DNA of 64,000 nt from positions 21,973-85,972 of the forward strand of contig JAEWPL010000222.1 in assembly GCA_023460615.1 (NCBI GenBank), read 5' to 3'. The translations under genes and the position numbers were made by a program. Position 1 is the first letter of the stretch. Every line of letters starts with the position of its first letter. The DNA comes from Pseudomonadota bacterium (lineage in GTDB: Bacteria; Pseudomonadota; Gammaproteobacteria; Enterobacterales; Succinivibrionaceae). Shown here piece by piece: positions 45,665 through 56,955 of this stretch. The notes beneath the pieces are model-generated. The model was not told where the DNA came from. It did not search any database and saw nothing but the letters and a program-made list of their open reading frames with translations.

Positions 45665-47512
45665 ATGGAAACTAAAGAACTTTGTGAAAAGATTAAAATT
45701 TTATTAAAAAAGAAAAAGAGTTTTGTAGATATTTGTAAAGAGTTACAACTAAAAGACTACGAGGCAATCGGATTGGTTAATTTGATGAAACAAGATGGTG
45801 AATTGATTGATTATGTTAACGGTGAGTTAGTAAGATTAAAGACGCCGCTAAAGACTAATGATATTTATCAAGTTTCTACAAATAGTACTCATATTCCACT
45901 ATTGTTGATTAGTGATACTCATTTGTGTAGTAATTATGACAGATTAGATATTTTGCGTTATTTATATGATAAGGCAGAAGATAGAGGTATCAAATACATT
46001 TTGCATAGTGGAGATTTTACAGATGGTCGTTCTAATAGACCAGAACATATTTATGAATTAAAAGAAACGTCGTATGAAGGACAAGTTGATTATTGTGTAG
46101 ACAAATATCCAACTTTTAGTGGCAAAACTTATGTTATTTCGGGAAATTAACCAACGGTTTAATGGTTTCCCTAGAGGAGCAATTCTCTACAAGAACAATC
46201 TGGTGAACCTTATCAAGGGTGTGTAGTCCACGATTGAGGAATTATAGGAAAATGATAATTAAGGGCTATGCTAACAGGGGACGGTTTCAAAAAAAATACC
46301 CAATCCTGTGCCAAGTTAGGAGAAATGTATGAAAAGAATATCAGGAATTTATAAAATAACTAACATTATTAATAATAAAAGCTATATTGGTAGTAGTGTA
46401 GATATATATACAAGATGGAGGGAGCACAAACGTCGAAGCAAATGTAAATCAGAATGGACAAAAGATGTGTATGAGTCCCCCTTATATAGGTCTTTTAGAA
46501 AAAAATGGTTTAGAAAACTTTACGTTTGAAATTATAGAAGAAGTCTTGCCTAACAATTTGTTGGAAAGAGAACAATACTGGTATGACTATTATAAACCAG
46601 AATATAATTGTATGTATCCAGATAGAGCTTTGAATTGTATGGGGCATAAACACACAGATGCCACAAAAGCCAAAATTAGCAAAAATAATTGCAGATATTG
46701 GCAAGGAAAGAAATTACCGCCATATATGATAAATAATATTATTGCTGGTAATAAAAACAAACGAAAGCAAATAATAATGTTAGACAAAAATACAAGAGAA
46801 GAGTTACGTTCTTTTGACGGTATATGTAATGCCTTAAGATTTTTAGGTAAAAATCCTAATAACACAAATGGTATTAAAAATTGTTGTGAAGGTATTGCAA
46901 ATACTGCCTATGGATATTCTTGGAAATATTTTGAATAAAAGGTCAATCGACTATCTCGAAAGAGAGTACGTTAATTATTGATACATTAGCGGAAGCGCCA
47001 GACTCCTACATAAGTAGGATGAAGATATAGTCAGGCAAATAAAATGATAAATTATTTGAATAGTGCATGATGATTGGTGGTATAAATCAACTGGTTCAGA
47101 AATAGTTAAAGCTATTGCCAAAAGAAGAGACGATATTGTTTACTTAGGTAGCGATGTTGCTGATTTGAAAATTGGAAAATTAAAAATAAGATTATTTCAC
47201 GGAAAAGGCGGAAATGCTTATGCAAAATCTTATAAGATACAAAAATACTTAGACTCTATACCTTTAGAAGAAAGACCACATATATTACAAACTGGGCACG
47301 TACATCAGAGTTTTTATATGAAACAAGATGATACACATTGTTTCCAAACTTCTTGCTTAGAAGATTTAACTCCATTTGCTAGGAGTATGGGGCTTGCTAA
47401 TGACAAGTCAGTTTGGTGGGTTGATGTTAATATTGACGATAGAGGAAAAATTGAAAGTATTAACCAAGAGTTAGAGACTTTCAATGCAAAGAAGTTGGTG
47501 AGAAGAAAGTGA
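45665..47512 (+). CDS. Metallophosphoesterase, intron-split: join(45665..46147,47066..47512)
   Basis: SDTH, SGDFTDG, GN|HD restored by splicing, HG, GHVH. Confidence 0.88.
46148..47065 (+). mobile_element. Group I intron (918 nt)
   Basis: P1 GGAAAU/GUUUCC with U.G at the 5' splice site; P10 AUG/CAU; R element CGACUA near 46948; S element AAGAUAUAGUC near 47022; terminal G at 47065. Confidence 0.9.
46329..46938 (+). pseudogene. GIY-YIG homing endonuclease with NUMOD domains, frameshifted
   Basis: SGIYKI...SYIGSS..I..RW..H; one extra A in the A7 run at 46499-46505 breaks FRK-NGLENFTFEIIEE. Confidence 0.85.
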
Positions 47513-47709
47513 TTGATGCAGTCCTGAAACTTATATTGGCGGTCTTTGTATTGTCAATGATTATATTTCCAGCTTATGTTAATTTGTTTAAAGAACGATT
47601 GTGGGAATATGTGAAACAAAAGTTGGAAGAACAAGAAAAACACGATAAGTTAGTGAGAAATATGAAACAAAGGAAGAAGGGCAATCAAGGAAAAAGTATT
47701 ATAAAATAG
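47509..47709 (+). CDS. Small membrane protein
   Basis: N-terminal hydrophobic helix, basic tail, GTGA overlap. Confidence 0.6.
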   Translation: MIDAVLKLILAVFVLSMIIFPAYVNLFKERLWEYVKQKLEEQEKHDKLVRNMKQRKKGNQGKSIIK

Positions 47710-47721
47710 GGAGGCTGTACT

Positions 47722-48237
47722 ATGATTTTGGGGTTAGATATGGCTACCAAAAAAACAGGATATGGTCTGCTTGACGAAGAGGCTAATCTGTATGATTATG
47801 GTGTCATTCGTACTACAAGTGAAGAGCCAAGAGATAGAATACGTGAAGTATACGATGCTATTGAGGCTATAATTAACAAGTATAATATAGAACATATGGT
47901 GTTTGAAGATGTGCCAGTAACAAATCATAATAATTTAAAGACTGGAAAAGATTTGTGTATATTGCAAGGTGCAATCTTATCGTTATGTTTTAAATATAAT
48001 ATAGAGTATTCTTTTTATGCTCCGTCTTCTTGGAGAAGTTTAATTGGAACTTATGATGGGACAAGACAGGGTATGAAAAGAGAAATTCAAAAGCAAAGAG
48101 CTGTAGATAGAGTAAATGAAATTTATAACTTAGGTTTTGTATATAATGCTACAGAGACCAAAACTAGACATACAGATGATGATAAAGCAGAGGCTATATG
48201 TTTAGGATTGGCTTATATAGAAGATATTAGTAAATAA
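47722..48237 (+). CDS. ruvC: RuvC-like Holliday junction resolvase
   Basis: ILGLD...TGYG, VFED, DDKAEAICLG. Confidence 0.85.
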   Translation: MILGLDMATKKTGYGLLDEEANLYDYGVIRTTSEEPRDRIREVYDAIEAIINKYNIEHMVFEDVPVTNHNNLKTGKDLCILQGAILSLCFKYNIEYSFYAPSSWRSLIGTYDGTRQGMKREIQKQRAVDRVNEIYNLGFVYNATETKTRHTDDDKAEAICLGLAYIEDISK

Positions 48238-48248
48238 GGAGGATTATT

Positions 48249-48749
48249 ATGGAAGTTATTACAGTTAAAGAGAAAAAAATTACATTAAAGAAAGATTACT
48301 TAACAAATGGAGAGGTAAATTATATTGTAGGAGAGGTTTTAAAAATTTATGACCAATCAGGAGATATAGATGGTTATGATTATAGTCCTTTAGCTATGAT
48401 TACAAACTTTTACGCTTTATTGTTTGCAGAATGTATTGAAGGTTACGACCTTGACGATGTAGATATGTATAATGAATATTATAATATCGGTACACAATAT
48501 GAATTATTGAGAGTTGTAACTAATGCTGATGAGGCTTATCATTTAATGATGTCTTTATCAAAACAAATCAATAGTATAGAAAATACTGTGAACAGGAGTC
48601 TTCAAAAAATTGTTGGTATGATTTCAGATAAAATACCTGATGCCAAAACTATGACAAAAATGGTTAATAAATTACCAAAGGAATGGCAAAAGGCTGTAGA
48701 TAATTACAACCAAATTACAGGTAAAGAAGAAATAAAAGAAGACGAATAA
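48249..48749 (+). CDS. Putative tail assembly chaperone
   Basis: Position shortly upstream of the tape measure gene; AAGGAGG RBS. Confidence 0.5.
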   Translation: MEVITVKEKKITLKKDYLTNGEVNYIVGEVLKIYDQSGDIDGYDYSPLAMITNFYALLFAECIEGYDLDDVDMYNEYYNIGTQYELLRVVTNADEAYHLMMSLSKQINSIENTVNRSLQKIVGMISDKIPDAKTMTKMVNKLPKEWQKAVDNYNQITGKEEIKEDE

Positions 48750-48763
48750 GTCTTCTTTTTTTT
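48734..48763 (+). terminator. Rho-independent terminator
   Basis: AAAAGAAGAC-N6-GTCTTCTTTT then a T-run. Confidence 0.7.
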
Positions 48764-48799
48764 AGGAAATAACAAAAATTGAGGGAGGAGGCTGGGTTT

Positions 48800-49306
48800 A
48801 TGGCTAGTATCAATTATGTAGCCAGCACAACTCAATTAAACAAGGAATTATCAGATATATTAGAAAAGGTCATTGATGCTGTTTCTGAGACCCTATTAAA
48901 GGATTTTAGGCAGCATTTGGATGCTACTATTTATGCCGCTCCCAAAGGAGATTATGTTCGTAATCGTGAAAATGGGGGTTTTTATGCTGGTTGGGAAATA
49001 AAAGAAGACCAGTCAAGTGCAATTAAAGGTTATATTAGAAGATTGGCATTTGATGGGGGAAACTTAGTCGCTCCTAGTATTGATAATGGTTTAGCACATG
49101 GTGGAATTGGAGGAAGAGACATTAGAGGTTATATGTCTTGGATTTTAAATGATATTACTTCTAACGATTTATATTCATATGCTGGTGGCGCTCATTACCT
49201 AGAAAACAATGATGGGTATTGGAATACATATTTGGCAGGCATAGATGACAAAGTAGACAAGTGGTTAAATAAGGAATTTAAAAAATATGGAATAGTGAGG
49301 AGGTGA
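48800..49306 (+). CDS. Putative tail completion protein (HK97 gp10-like)
   Basis: IY......Y.R....G pattern; immediately before the tape measure gene. Confidence 0.5.
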   Translation: MASINYVASTTQLNKELSDILEKVIDAVSETLLKDFRQHLDATIYAAPKGDYVRNRENGGFYAGWEIKEDQSSAIKGYIRRLAFDGGNLVAPSIDNGLAHGGIGGRDIRGYMSWILNDITSNDLYSYAGGAHYLENNDGYWNTYLAGIDDKVDKWLNKEFKKYGIVRR

Positions 49307-49312
49307 AGATAG

Positions 49313-52300
49313 ATGAATAAAGAATATTATATTAAATTACAAGCGAAAATAGATGATAGTTCTAAAACTATTAACGAATTAAATAAACAAATAAAGACAA
49401 TGGAAAATAAAATTAGTTCGTTAGAAATTAAAGTAAAAATGCCTTCATCTGCCAACAAAGGTTTTGGCGACTTAAATACTCAACTTAATAAGTTAAAAAT
49501 TAATATGTCCGAATTTCAGAATAATATCTTAAGCACAAGTAATTCTTTTGATACTACTACTACTAGATATACTAATAATGCTGGTAAAATATTAACAATC
49601 CAAGAAAAAATGATTGCTGGTGAAAAAAAATATAAATTAAGTTTAAAAGAAATTGGGAGCGCTGTAGAAACCAATGCTAAACAAGCTGATAAATGGCAAT
49701 ATTCTTGGAGTAAGGCATTTCAATCATTTACAACATATATGTCTGTAACAACAGTATTCTATCAAATTATACATACAATAAAAGATATGATTAGTGAAGT
49801 TACCGACCTTGATGGGGCATTAGTAGAATTGAAAAAAGTAACCGATTTAGAAGGAGAGTCTTTACAGAGATTTACAAGAGAAGCCTATGCTGCTGGTGCA
49901 AATGTTGCTAAGACTGGTACAGAAATGGTTGAAGCTGCTACATCATTTGCTAAGGCTGGTTACAATGAAGACCAAATTCTACAGCTTGGTGAAGTTGCTG
50001 CAATGTATACTAATATTGCTGACGAAGCTATTAGTAGTGCTGATTCCGCAGATTTTATTATTGCACAATTAAAAGCATTTAATTTAGAGTCTGATGATTT
50101 GAACAAAACATTGGAAAATTCTTATCACATTATAGATGCGGTTAATGAGGTTTCAAATAACTTTGCTGTAAGTTCTTCTGATATTGCTACCAATTTAGGT
50201 AAAGCAAGTTCAGTTATGGCAAATGCTGGTAACAGTATGGAACAGATGATTGGTTTAATGACCGCTGGTACTGAGGTAACACGTAATGCTAGTAAAGTGG
50301 CAAATGGATTGAAAACTATTACTCTACGTCTACAAGGAATGGACGATGAAGGAGGAAAGAGCCTCGAATTAATGTCTCAAATGGAGGGATTATTCAATAA
50401 GTTAGGAAAGACGGTTTATAATACCGACGGTACGCTTAAAAATACTTATGATTTATTAGGTGAGTTAGCAGATGTTTATCCAACATTAACGGCTGCTGAA
50501 AAGGCGTATGTTACCGAAACTATTGCTGGTAAGTATCAAGCACAAAATGCTGCTGCTATTTTATCTAACTGGAAAACTGCTGTTGACGCAACTGCCACAG
50601 CATTAGACTCGCAAGGTAGTGCTATGAAAGAAAATAGCAAATACTTGGACAGTATTCAAGGTAGGATGGCAAACTTTAATAGTGCTTTTGAGCAATTGTC
50701 TCAAAGTGTTATGAGTAGCGATTTGATAAAATGGTTTATTGATTTAGGTACAGCTATTGTAAATATTGCAAACAGTGATTTTGGTAAATTCTTAACCAAG
50801 TTTACTTTATTGTTTGTTTCAACAAAATCTGGTATTGTTATAATTGGAAAATTAATAGACACATTTAAAAAATTTGGAAAGTCTATATCTAGCACTTATA
50901 GTGTTTTACAAAAGTATAACGAACTCAATATCTTAACTAAAAACTCAACTAACGGTGTGGTAACCGCAGAAGAGGCTAAAATTTTAGTTCAGGGTAAGGC
51001 AATTTTAACTCAATTAGCTTTAAATGCTGCTATTGCTGCTGGAACAATTATTTTAATGGCTGCGGTATCAGCATATCAAAACGCGAAGGCTGCTCAAGAA
51101 GAACAAATTAAACAGGTATCAGAGAATGCTCAGGCTTATGAAGATGAGGCTAGTAGCATAGATAATACTATTAAGAAATTCCAATCTTTAAGAGAAACAT
51201 TAGATGACAATACATCTAGTTATCAAGATGCCTTGAGTGCAAGAGAAGAATTGATAGAAATACAAAAAAGTTTAAAGAAGGAATATGGCGATGAAGCAGA
51301 TAATATTGATTTAGTAACTGGTTCTATTAGTGAACAAATAGAAGAGTTAAAGAAATTAAAAGCTCAACGTGCCAATGATTATTTGGACGACAACCAAAGT
51401 GGTTACAATAATGCAAAAAAAGAAGTATATGGAAAGAATAATTATAGAAGAAGTATGCTTATAGGCTCTGGTTATATTGATGCGAGAGACTATGACTATG
51501 CCGTAAAGCATAAACAAATGACCGAAGAAGAAGCTAAGGTATATAAAGAAAGAATAGCTAATGCAGAAAAATTTGACAAAGATATGCAGGATATTTTAAA
51601 AAAATATTCTACTAAGAACTCTGTGAGGGATGATGGTCAAGGATTTATCAGTTTTAAGACCGATAGTGTTGATAAATCTAAGAAGGCTTTAGAAAAAGTT
51701 AAAAAGTATCTGCAAGATAATGAAGAAGAAATTGTAAAATCTGGTATTATGTCTCAAGAGTCATTTAATTTTAGGTTAAATGAAGTTGATAAAGAGCTAA
51801 ACAATATAACTAAGAAATTTGGAGACAGTTATAAAGCAATAGAAGAATATGAAGACAAAATGAAGGACGCTGCTGGTTGGGAGTCTTTTAAAGGTAAACT
51901 TGAGGAACTATCTAAAACTACAGTTTTAAATAAAGATAATATTAAGGAACTATTAAAAGAATATCCTGGTCTTGAAGATGCTTTAAGCAAAAATGATATT
52001 ACTATTGATAAGTTAATTAAAGATTTCCAAAATCTTAGTACAGTCACTGACACACTCATTTCTAATAACGAAGGTCTGGCAGATGCTTTAGCTAATATTA
52101 CTTTAGATGGTAAAGTAGACCAAACAGAAATGAATGAATTGCTTGAGAAGTTTCCAACTTTGAAAGAACAGTTAGAGGGTACTGGTTATACTCTTGATGA
52201 TATTATTGACAAATTCCCTGCCTTATTATATGCTGCTACAGGAACATTTGGTAGTATTATCGATGATTTGGATAATTTACAATCTGCATATGAAACAGTA

Positions 52301-55300
52301 ACCTCTGCATTAGAAGAATATAATAACACTGGTTATTTTTCAATAGACACGTTAGAACAATTATTAGCTTTAGACCAAAAATATTTGGATGCTTTAGTGG
52401 ATGAGAATGGAGTCATTAGGGATAATACCTCCGCATTTCAAGTTTTAGCTAATGCTAAATTAGACGAATTACAGGCTTCAGAAGATAGCAGATATATGAA
52501 AGAATTAAATCGTCTAGCATCTTTAAATGAGGCTGGTGCCGCACAGTTGGCCGCTAGTAGTATCAATGCACATAAAGATGCAATGGCTGGACAGGAAGTT
52601 AATGCTGAGGCTTTACGAGCTCAAATTCAAAAGAATATTGAGGCTTTTAACGAAGAGTCTGCCGCAGCATTACAAGCGGCCTATGATATAAATGAGGCTA
52701 CACACAAAAGAAATAATGCAATTATAAACAACACTCGTCAGGGTTTAAAAAGTAATTACAAAGTTTCAATAGGTGGTTCTAGTAAAAAATCATCAAGCAA
52801 CAAATCTAAAAAGTCTGAAAAAGAGTGGTGGGAAACAGAACTTGAAAAATTGCAAAATCAATTCAAGTACAATGAAATCACTATTGAAGAATATATTAGA
52901 GGTTTAGATAAATTACTTGGCAAGGTAAAAAAGGGAACAGATGCTTGGCGTAAAATTAATGAGGAACTTCAAAAGCAACGTTTAACTAAAGTGGAAGACG
53001 ACTACAAGCGTGGAACAATTAGTCTTGACGAATACATTAAGAAGTTGAAAGAATTAATTAAGGCTTATAAGAAAGGTTCTGATGCTTGGAATGATTTAGC
53101 TGATAAAATCAAGAAAGCACTTCAAGATAAAGCAGATAAACAAAAAGATGATTTAGCTACCGCTGAAGATGCTGCTGTAGGTATTATTGATGATGAAATT
53201 GATAAGTTGAAGAAACTTAAAGAAGAGCAGGAAGATTATTACGATAAATTAATTGATGATAAAAAAGCAGCTAACGATGAAACAGAAAAGGAATTAGAAT
53301 TAGCAAGACTTCAAGAAGCACTTGCTAACGCCCAAAAAGAAAAGACTAAACGCGTATGGCGTGAAGGTATCGGTAAAAAGTCAGCCGATATAAAAGATAA
53401 CTATATCGGTCAAATGCTAGGAATAGTAAAGACCGAGGTAAGACTAAATTTAAGGTGGTGTGTTTATGGGTAGAACAAGAAAAAAAACACATCAAGAATT
53501 TATTAAAGAAATGCAAACAAAACATCCTAATTTAACAATATTAAGCGAGTATTACAATTCGCAGACTAGAATGAAATATAGATGTAATAAGTGTGGGTTA
53601 ATTTGGGTGGCTACTGCCTCAAAACTTAGTGCTGGTAGAAGTTGCCCACAATGCGCTGGTAACAAATTAAAAAGTCACAGCGAATTTGTTGAACAGGTTA
53701 AAAAGATAAATCCTAATATTGATGTAATTAGTCAATATAAAAGTACAGCTTATAAAGTATCTTTTAAATGTAAAGTTTGTGGTTATGAATGGTCTACAAA
53801 ACCAGGGGGTGTACTAAGAGGTAAAGGATGCTATATGTGTGGGAAGAAGCATATGGGTGAAAAGAATAGAAAACCTTCTTTTGAATTTGAAGAAGAGATA
53901 AAAAAGATAAACCCCAGTATAAAGTTGCTAGAGCCATATCAGAATGACAAGACAAAAATATTATGTGAATGTGTTACTTGTAATGAAGAATGGTTCGCAT
54001 GGCCTTCTGGGTTAAAAAGTGGGCATGGGTGTCCTTATTGTAGTTTTTCTCATGGAGAAGCAAAAATAAAAAACATACTTAGCTCTTATAATATAACATT
54101 TATATCCCAATATAAATTCAATGACTTGCTAGGCATTGGGAATAGACAATTATCCTATGATTTTTATCTTCCTGAATATAATTTGCTAATAGAATATCAA
54201 GGTAAACAACATAAACAACCTATAGCATATTTTGGAGGAGAAGAAACCTTTAAAAGACAAAAAGAACATGACCGAAGAAAAAGAGAATATGCTTTTCAAC
54301 ATAACATTAAATTATTAGAAATTTGGTATTATGAAAACATAGAAAACAAATTAAAAGAAACCTTAAATTTAGAAACCGTAACGACTACAGGATGTTAATG
54401 GTGACATTAACATTGAAGTTATCGACATTATACCCAATAATGTTAATATATAGTCTGGACTGCAGATATAATATAATGAAACTGCAGAGATAAGATTAAC
54501 GTCTTATCCGCCATATTATAATATATGGTCATAAAAGTAACAGTCGTGGATTTGGGAGGCCGACCAAGAAGCAATAAGAGAGGCTCAAGAAGCTTTAGAT
54601 GAGTTTAACAAAGAACAAGAACTAGATGCATTAGAAAAACAAAAGGATGAAGCTATTAAGAATATTGAAGACCAAATTGATGCTTGGGAAAAATATAAAG
54701 AGTCTTGGGAAAATGTTGCCGATGATTATGAAACACAACAGGCTCGTATGACGTTAGCTCAACAATTAGGAGCCGATGCTGAAGCTAAAATTTTACAAAA
54801 ACGACTAGATGTGTTAGAAGATTATAAATCTAAATATCTAGCAACAATGAAGGAAATTACTGATTTAGAAAATACACCTTCGGACAAGTTGAGTGGATAT
54901 AATACGCCTAAAAATGTAAATACAACAAAAGGCAATCGTGGCTCAGGGGGCTCTTCTAGTGCTCCATCATTAAATAAAGGTTCTTATGTATCAGTTAAGC
55001 CTGGTGCTAAATGGTATGCAAATTCTTATGGTGGTGGTAATAGTGGTAGAGCACGTTCTGGAACCATTAAATATATCAATAATAGTGGAAGTCATCCATA
55101 TAACATTAATGGTTTAGGATGGGTTAAAAAGTCAGATATTGTTGGTTATAAGAATGGTGGTATGGTTGATTATACAGGTTTGGCTATGTTACATGGTACA
55201 AAGTCAAAGCCAGAATTTGTTTTAAATAATAACCAAATGAAGAGTATGTTGTCGAACTTTATTAGACCACAAACATCTAGCAATCTTCCTTCAAAGAATG

Positions 55301-55410
55301 CAAGTGTAACAAATTATAATTTTGGTAATATTGAATTGCCAAATGTAAGCAATGCAAAACAATTTGTAACAGAATTAAAGTCTTTAGTAAATATAACAAA
55401 ACATCAATAG
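49313..55410 (+). CDS. Tail tape measure protein, intron-split: join(49313..53374,54547..55410), about 1641 aa
   Basis: TP901-type core (ELKKVTD, AATSFAKAG, NEVSNNFAVS); splicing gives RVWREGIG|WIWEADQEAI in frame with ORF 54748..55410. Confidence 0.9.
53375..54546 (+). mobile_element. Group I intron (1172 nt)
   Basis: P1 UAUCGGU/GCCGAUA with U.G at the splice site; P10 UCA/UGG; R element GUAACGACUA near 54378; S element AUAUAUAGUCU near 54446; terminal G at 54546. Confidence 0.88.
53466..54398 (+). CDS. Intron-encoded putative homing endonuclease (zinc-ribbon repeats plus Vsr/DUF559-like nuclease)
   Basis: Three C..C..W......G..CP.C repeats; YDFYLP..NLLIEYQGKQH...HD..K. Confidence 0.8.
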   Translation: MGRTRKKTHQEFIKEMQTKHPNLTILSEYYNSQTRMKYRCNKCGLIWVATASKLSAGRSCPQCAGNKLKSHSEFVEQVKKINPNIDVISQYKSTAYKVSFKCKVCGYEWSTKPGGVLRGKGCYMCGKKHMGEKNRKPSFEFEEEIKKINPSIKLLEPYQNDKTKILCECVTCNEEWFAWPSGLKSGHGCPYCSFSHGEAKIKNILSSYNITFISQYKFNDLLGIGNRQLSYDFYLPEYNLLIEYQGKQHKQPIAYFGGEETFKRQKEHDRRKREYAFQHNIKLLEIWYYENIENKLKETLNLETVTTTGC

Positions 55411-55469
55411 GGTGCCGACATTTATGTCGGTTCCTCTTGGTGCTGGATAAATAAAAAAAAGAAAGGAGG

Positions 55470-56939
55470 ATGTATATGATTTATCAACCACGTAATGTGC
55501 AACCATCTGGTTCTTCTATTGATGGGAGTATTAATAACACGTTTACAATGGAAGTTCAAACAAACTCTTACATCTCTGCATATCAATTATTAATTGTTGA
55601 CTTTAATAATAATAATATATATACAGGTACAAAGACTACATTAACACAGAATTTGTATAATGGAGATGTTTTGTCCATTCCAGTCAACGCTAGTAGTGTA
55701 CAATTAAGTAATGGCACAAACTATAAATGGCGTGTTAGATTATATCAGCCTAATTCCGATATGTTAATTACATATGGGCTTGTACAAAGTGCTAGTACTA
55801 CAACAAATGTTTATTTACAGCCAAACATTAACATAAAGGCAGGAATGATGCTAACAATCAATAGTCAAAGTAAGACTATCACATCATACGATGCTAGTAC
55901 TGGCTTGGCGGTAGTTAGCAGTGCGTTTTCATCTGCTCCATCTATAGGTGCAAAATATCAAGTTTATTCTGATTTTATAGAAACAATTCCAGATTACATT
56001 GTATATGCCAGAGAAAATCCAACGGTTTCTATCAACAATGTGCCAACTTCTCTTACTTTAAAATATCATACATTTCAAGGTGTATACACGCAATCTGATA
56101 ATGTGCCTATTGTGTATCATCAATTTGACTTATACATCAGAAATGATGATGGTACTAATAAATTAGTCAATTCATCTGGAAAAGTTTATTCTGCTAATTT
56201 ATCATATACTTATGACGGATTTAGAACTGGTAACACATATTTAATTAAGTTAGCAGTAGAAAATGATATGGGCATTGTAGCAGAAACAGATTTATATACT
56301 TTTAGTGTTTCATATGATATTGTTGAATACTTGCAACAACCTAGAGCCGTATTTGATAGCAAACAGAATGCTATTGATATTGCTTGGGTGACACCAGTTG
56401 AACATAATGCTACATCGAGTAGTGACGGTTTTACTTATTTATATGATACACCTTATAGCGGGGTAAATTCTTTGTATACAGATGGTTATACAGTTGATTG
56501 GCAAACACCAGATGGATTGTGTGTATTGCCAAATGATTTCAACATCACATTGCAGTTTAGTCCCGACTCTGGCTTTTTTTATGATGAAAATGGGGCATAT
56601 AAAGAACGTGTAATATTAGTAGATACTGAAGTTGATGGCAATGGTAATTCTGGTAGGTTCCAAATTATAATTGATAAAAACAAGATTATATTCACACAAC
56701 AACCAGATATATCATTAGAAGGCAGTTTTTATACAGATAAAACACAAACCTTTGTATTGACAGACACTGGTATTACTCAAATAAATAGTGATTATATTTG
56801 GGATGATACTGCTACTTGGAATGATGGTTATATATGGACTGAGGGTGGTACATCTATAGAGCGTGTATGTAATCACTGGTGGAAGGTTCAAATTACTAAT
56901 ACATCTATAAGAGTAGAGGAAATATTCCCTACGCAATAA
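55470..56939 (+). CDS. Tail/baseplate protein (FN3-like beta-rich)
   Basis: Follows the tape measure gene; NGTNYKWRVRLY FN3-like motif. Confidence 0.65.
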   Translation: MYMIYQPRNVQPSGSSIDGSINNTFTMEVQTNSYISAYQLLIVDFNNNNIYTGTKTTLTQNLYNGDVLSIPVNASSVQLSNGTNYKWRVRLYQPNSDMLITYGLVQSASTTTNVYLQPNINIKAGMMLTINSQSKTITSYDASTGLAVVSSAFSSAPSIGAKYQVYSDFIETIPDYIVYARENPTVSINNVPTSLTLKYHTFQGVYTQSDNVPIVYHQFDLYIRNDDGTNKLVNSSGKVYSANLSYTYDGFRTGNTYLIKLAVENDMGIVAETDLYTFSVSYDIVEYLQQPRAVFDSKQNAIDIAWVTPVEHNATSSSDGFTYLYDTPYSGVNSLYTDGYTVDWQTPDGLCVLPNDFNITLQFSPDSGFFYDENGAYKERVILVDTEVDGNGNSGRFQIIIDKNKIIFTQQPDISLEGSFYTDKTQTFVLTDTGITQINSDYIWDDTATWNDGYIWTEGGTSIERVCNHWWKVQITNTSIRVEEIFPTQ

Positions 56940-56955
56940 TGAAGGAGGATAAAAT

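Noticed and set aside
45665..46150. Stop-codon recoding or pseudogene as the explanation for the truncated phosphoesterase
   Set aside because: Intron splice signals restore the frame exactly, and other genes read normally in code 11.
48249..49306. Programmed -1 frameshift between tail chaperone ORFs
   Set aside because: No convincing slippery heptamer before the stop; a terminator and an independent RBS separate the ORFs.
53375..53473. C-terminus of the 1386-aa TMP ORF, and ORF 54748..55410 as a separate gene
   Set aside because: Both are explained by read-through into a group I intron and by the second exon of the same gene.
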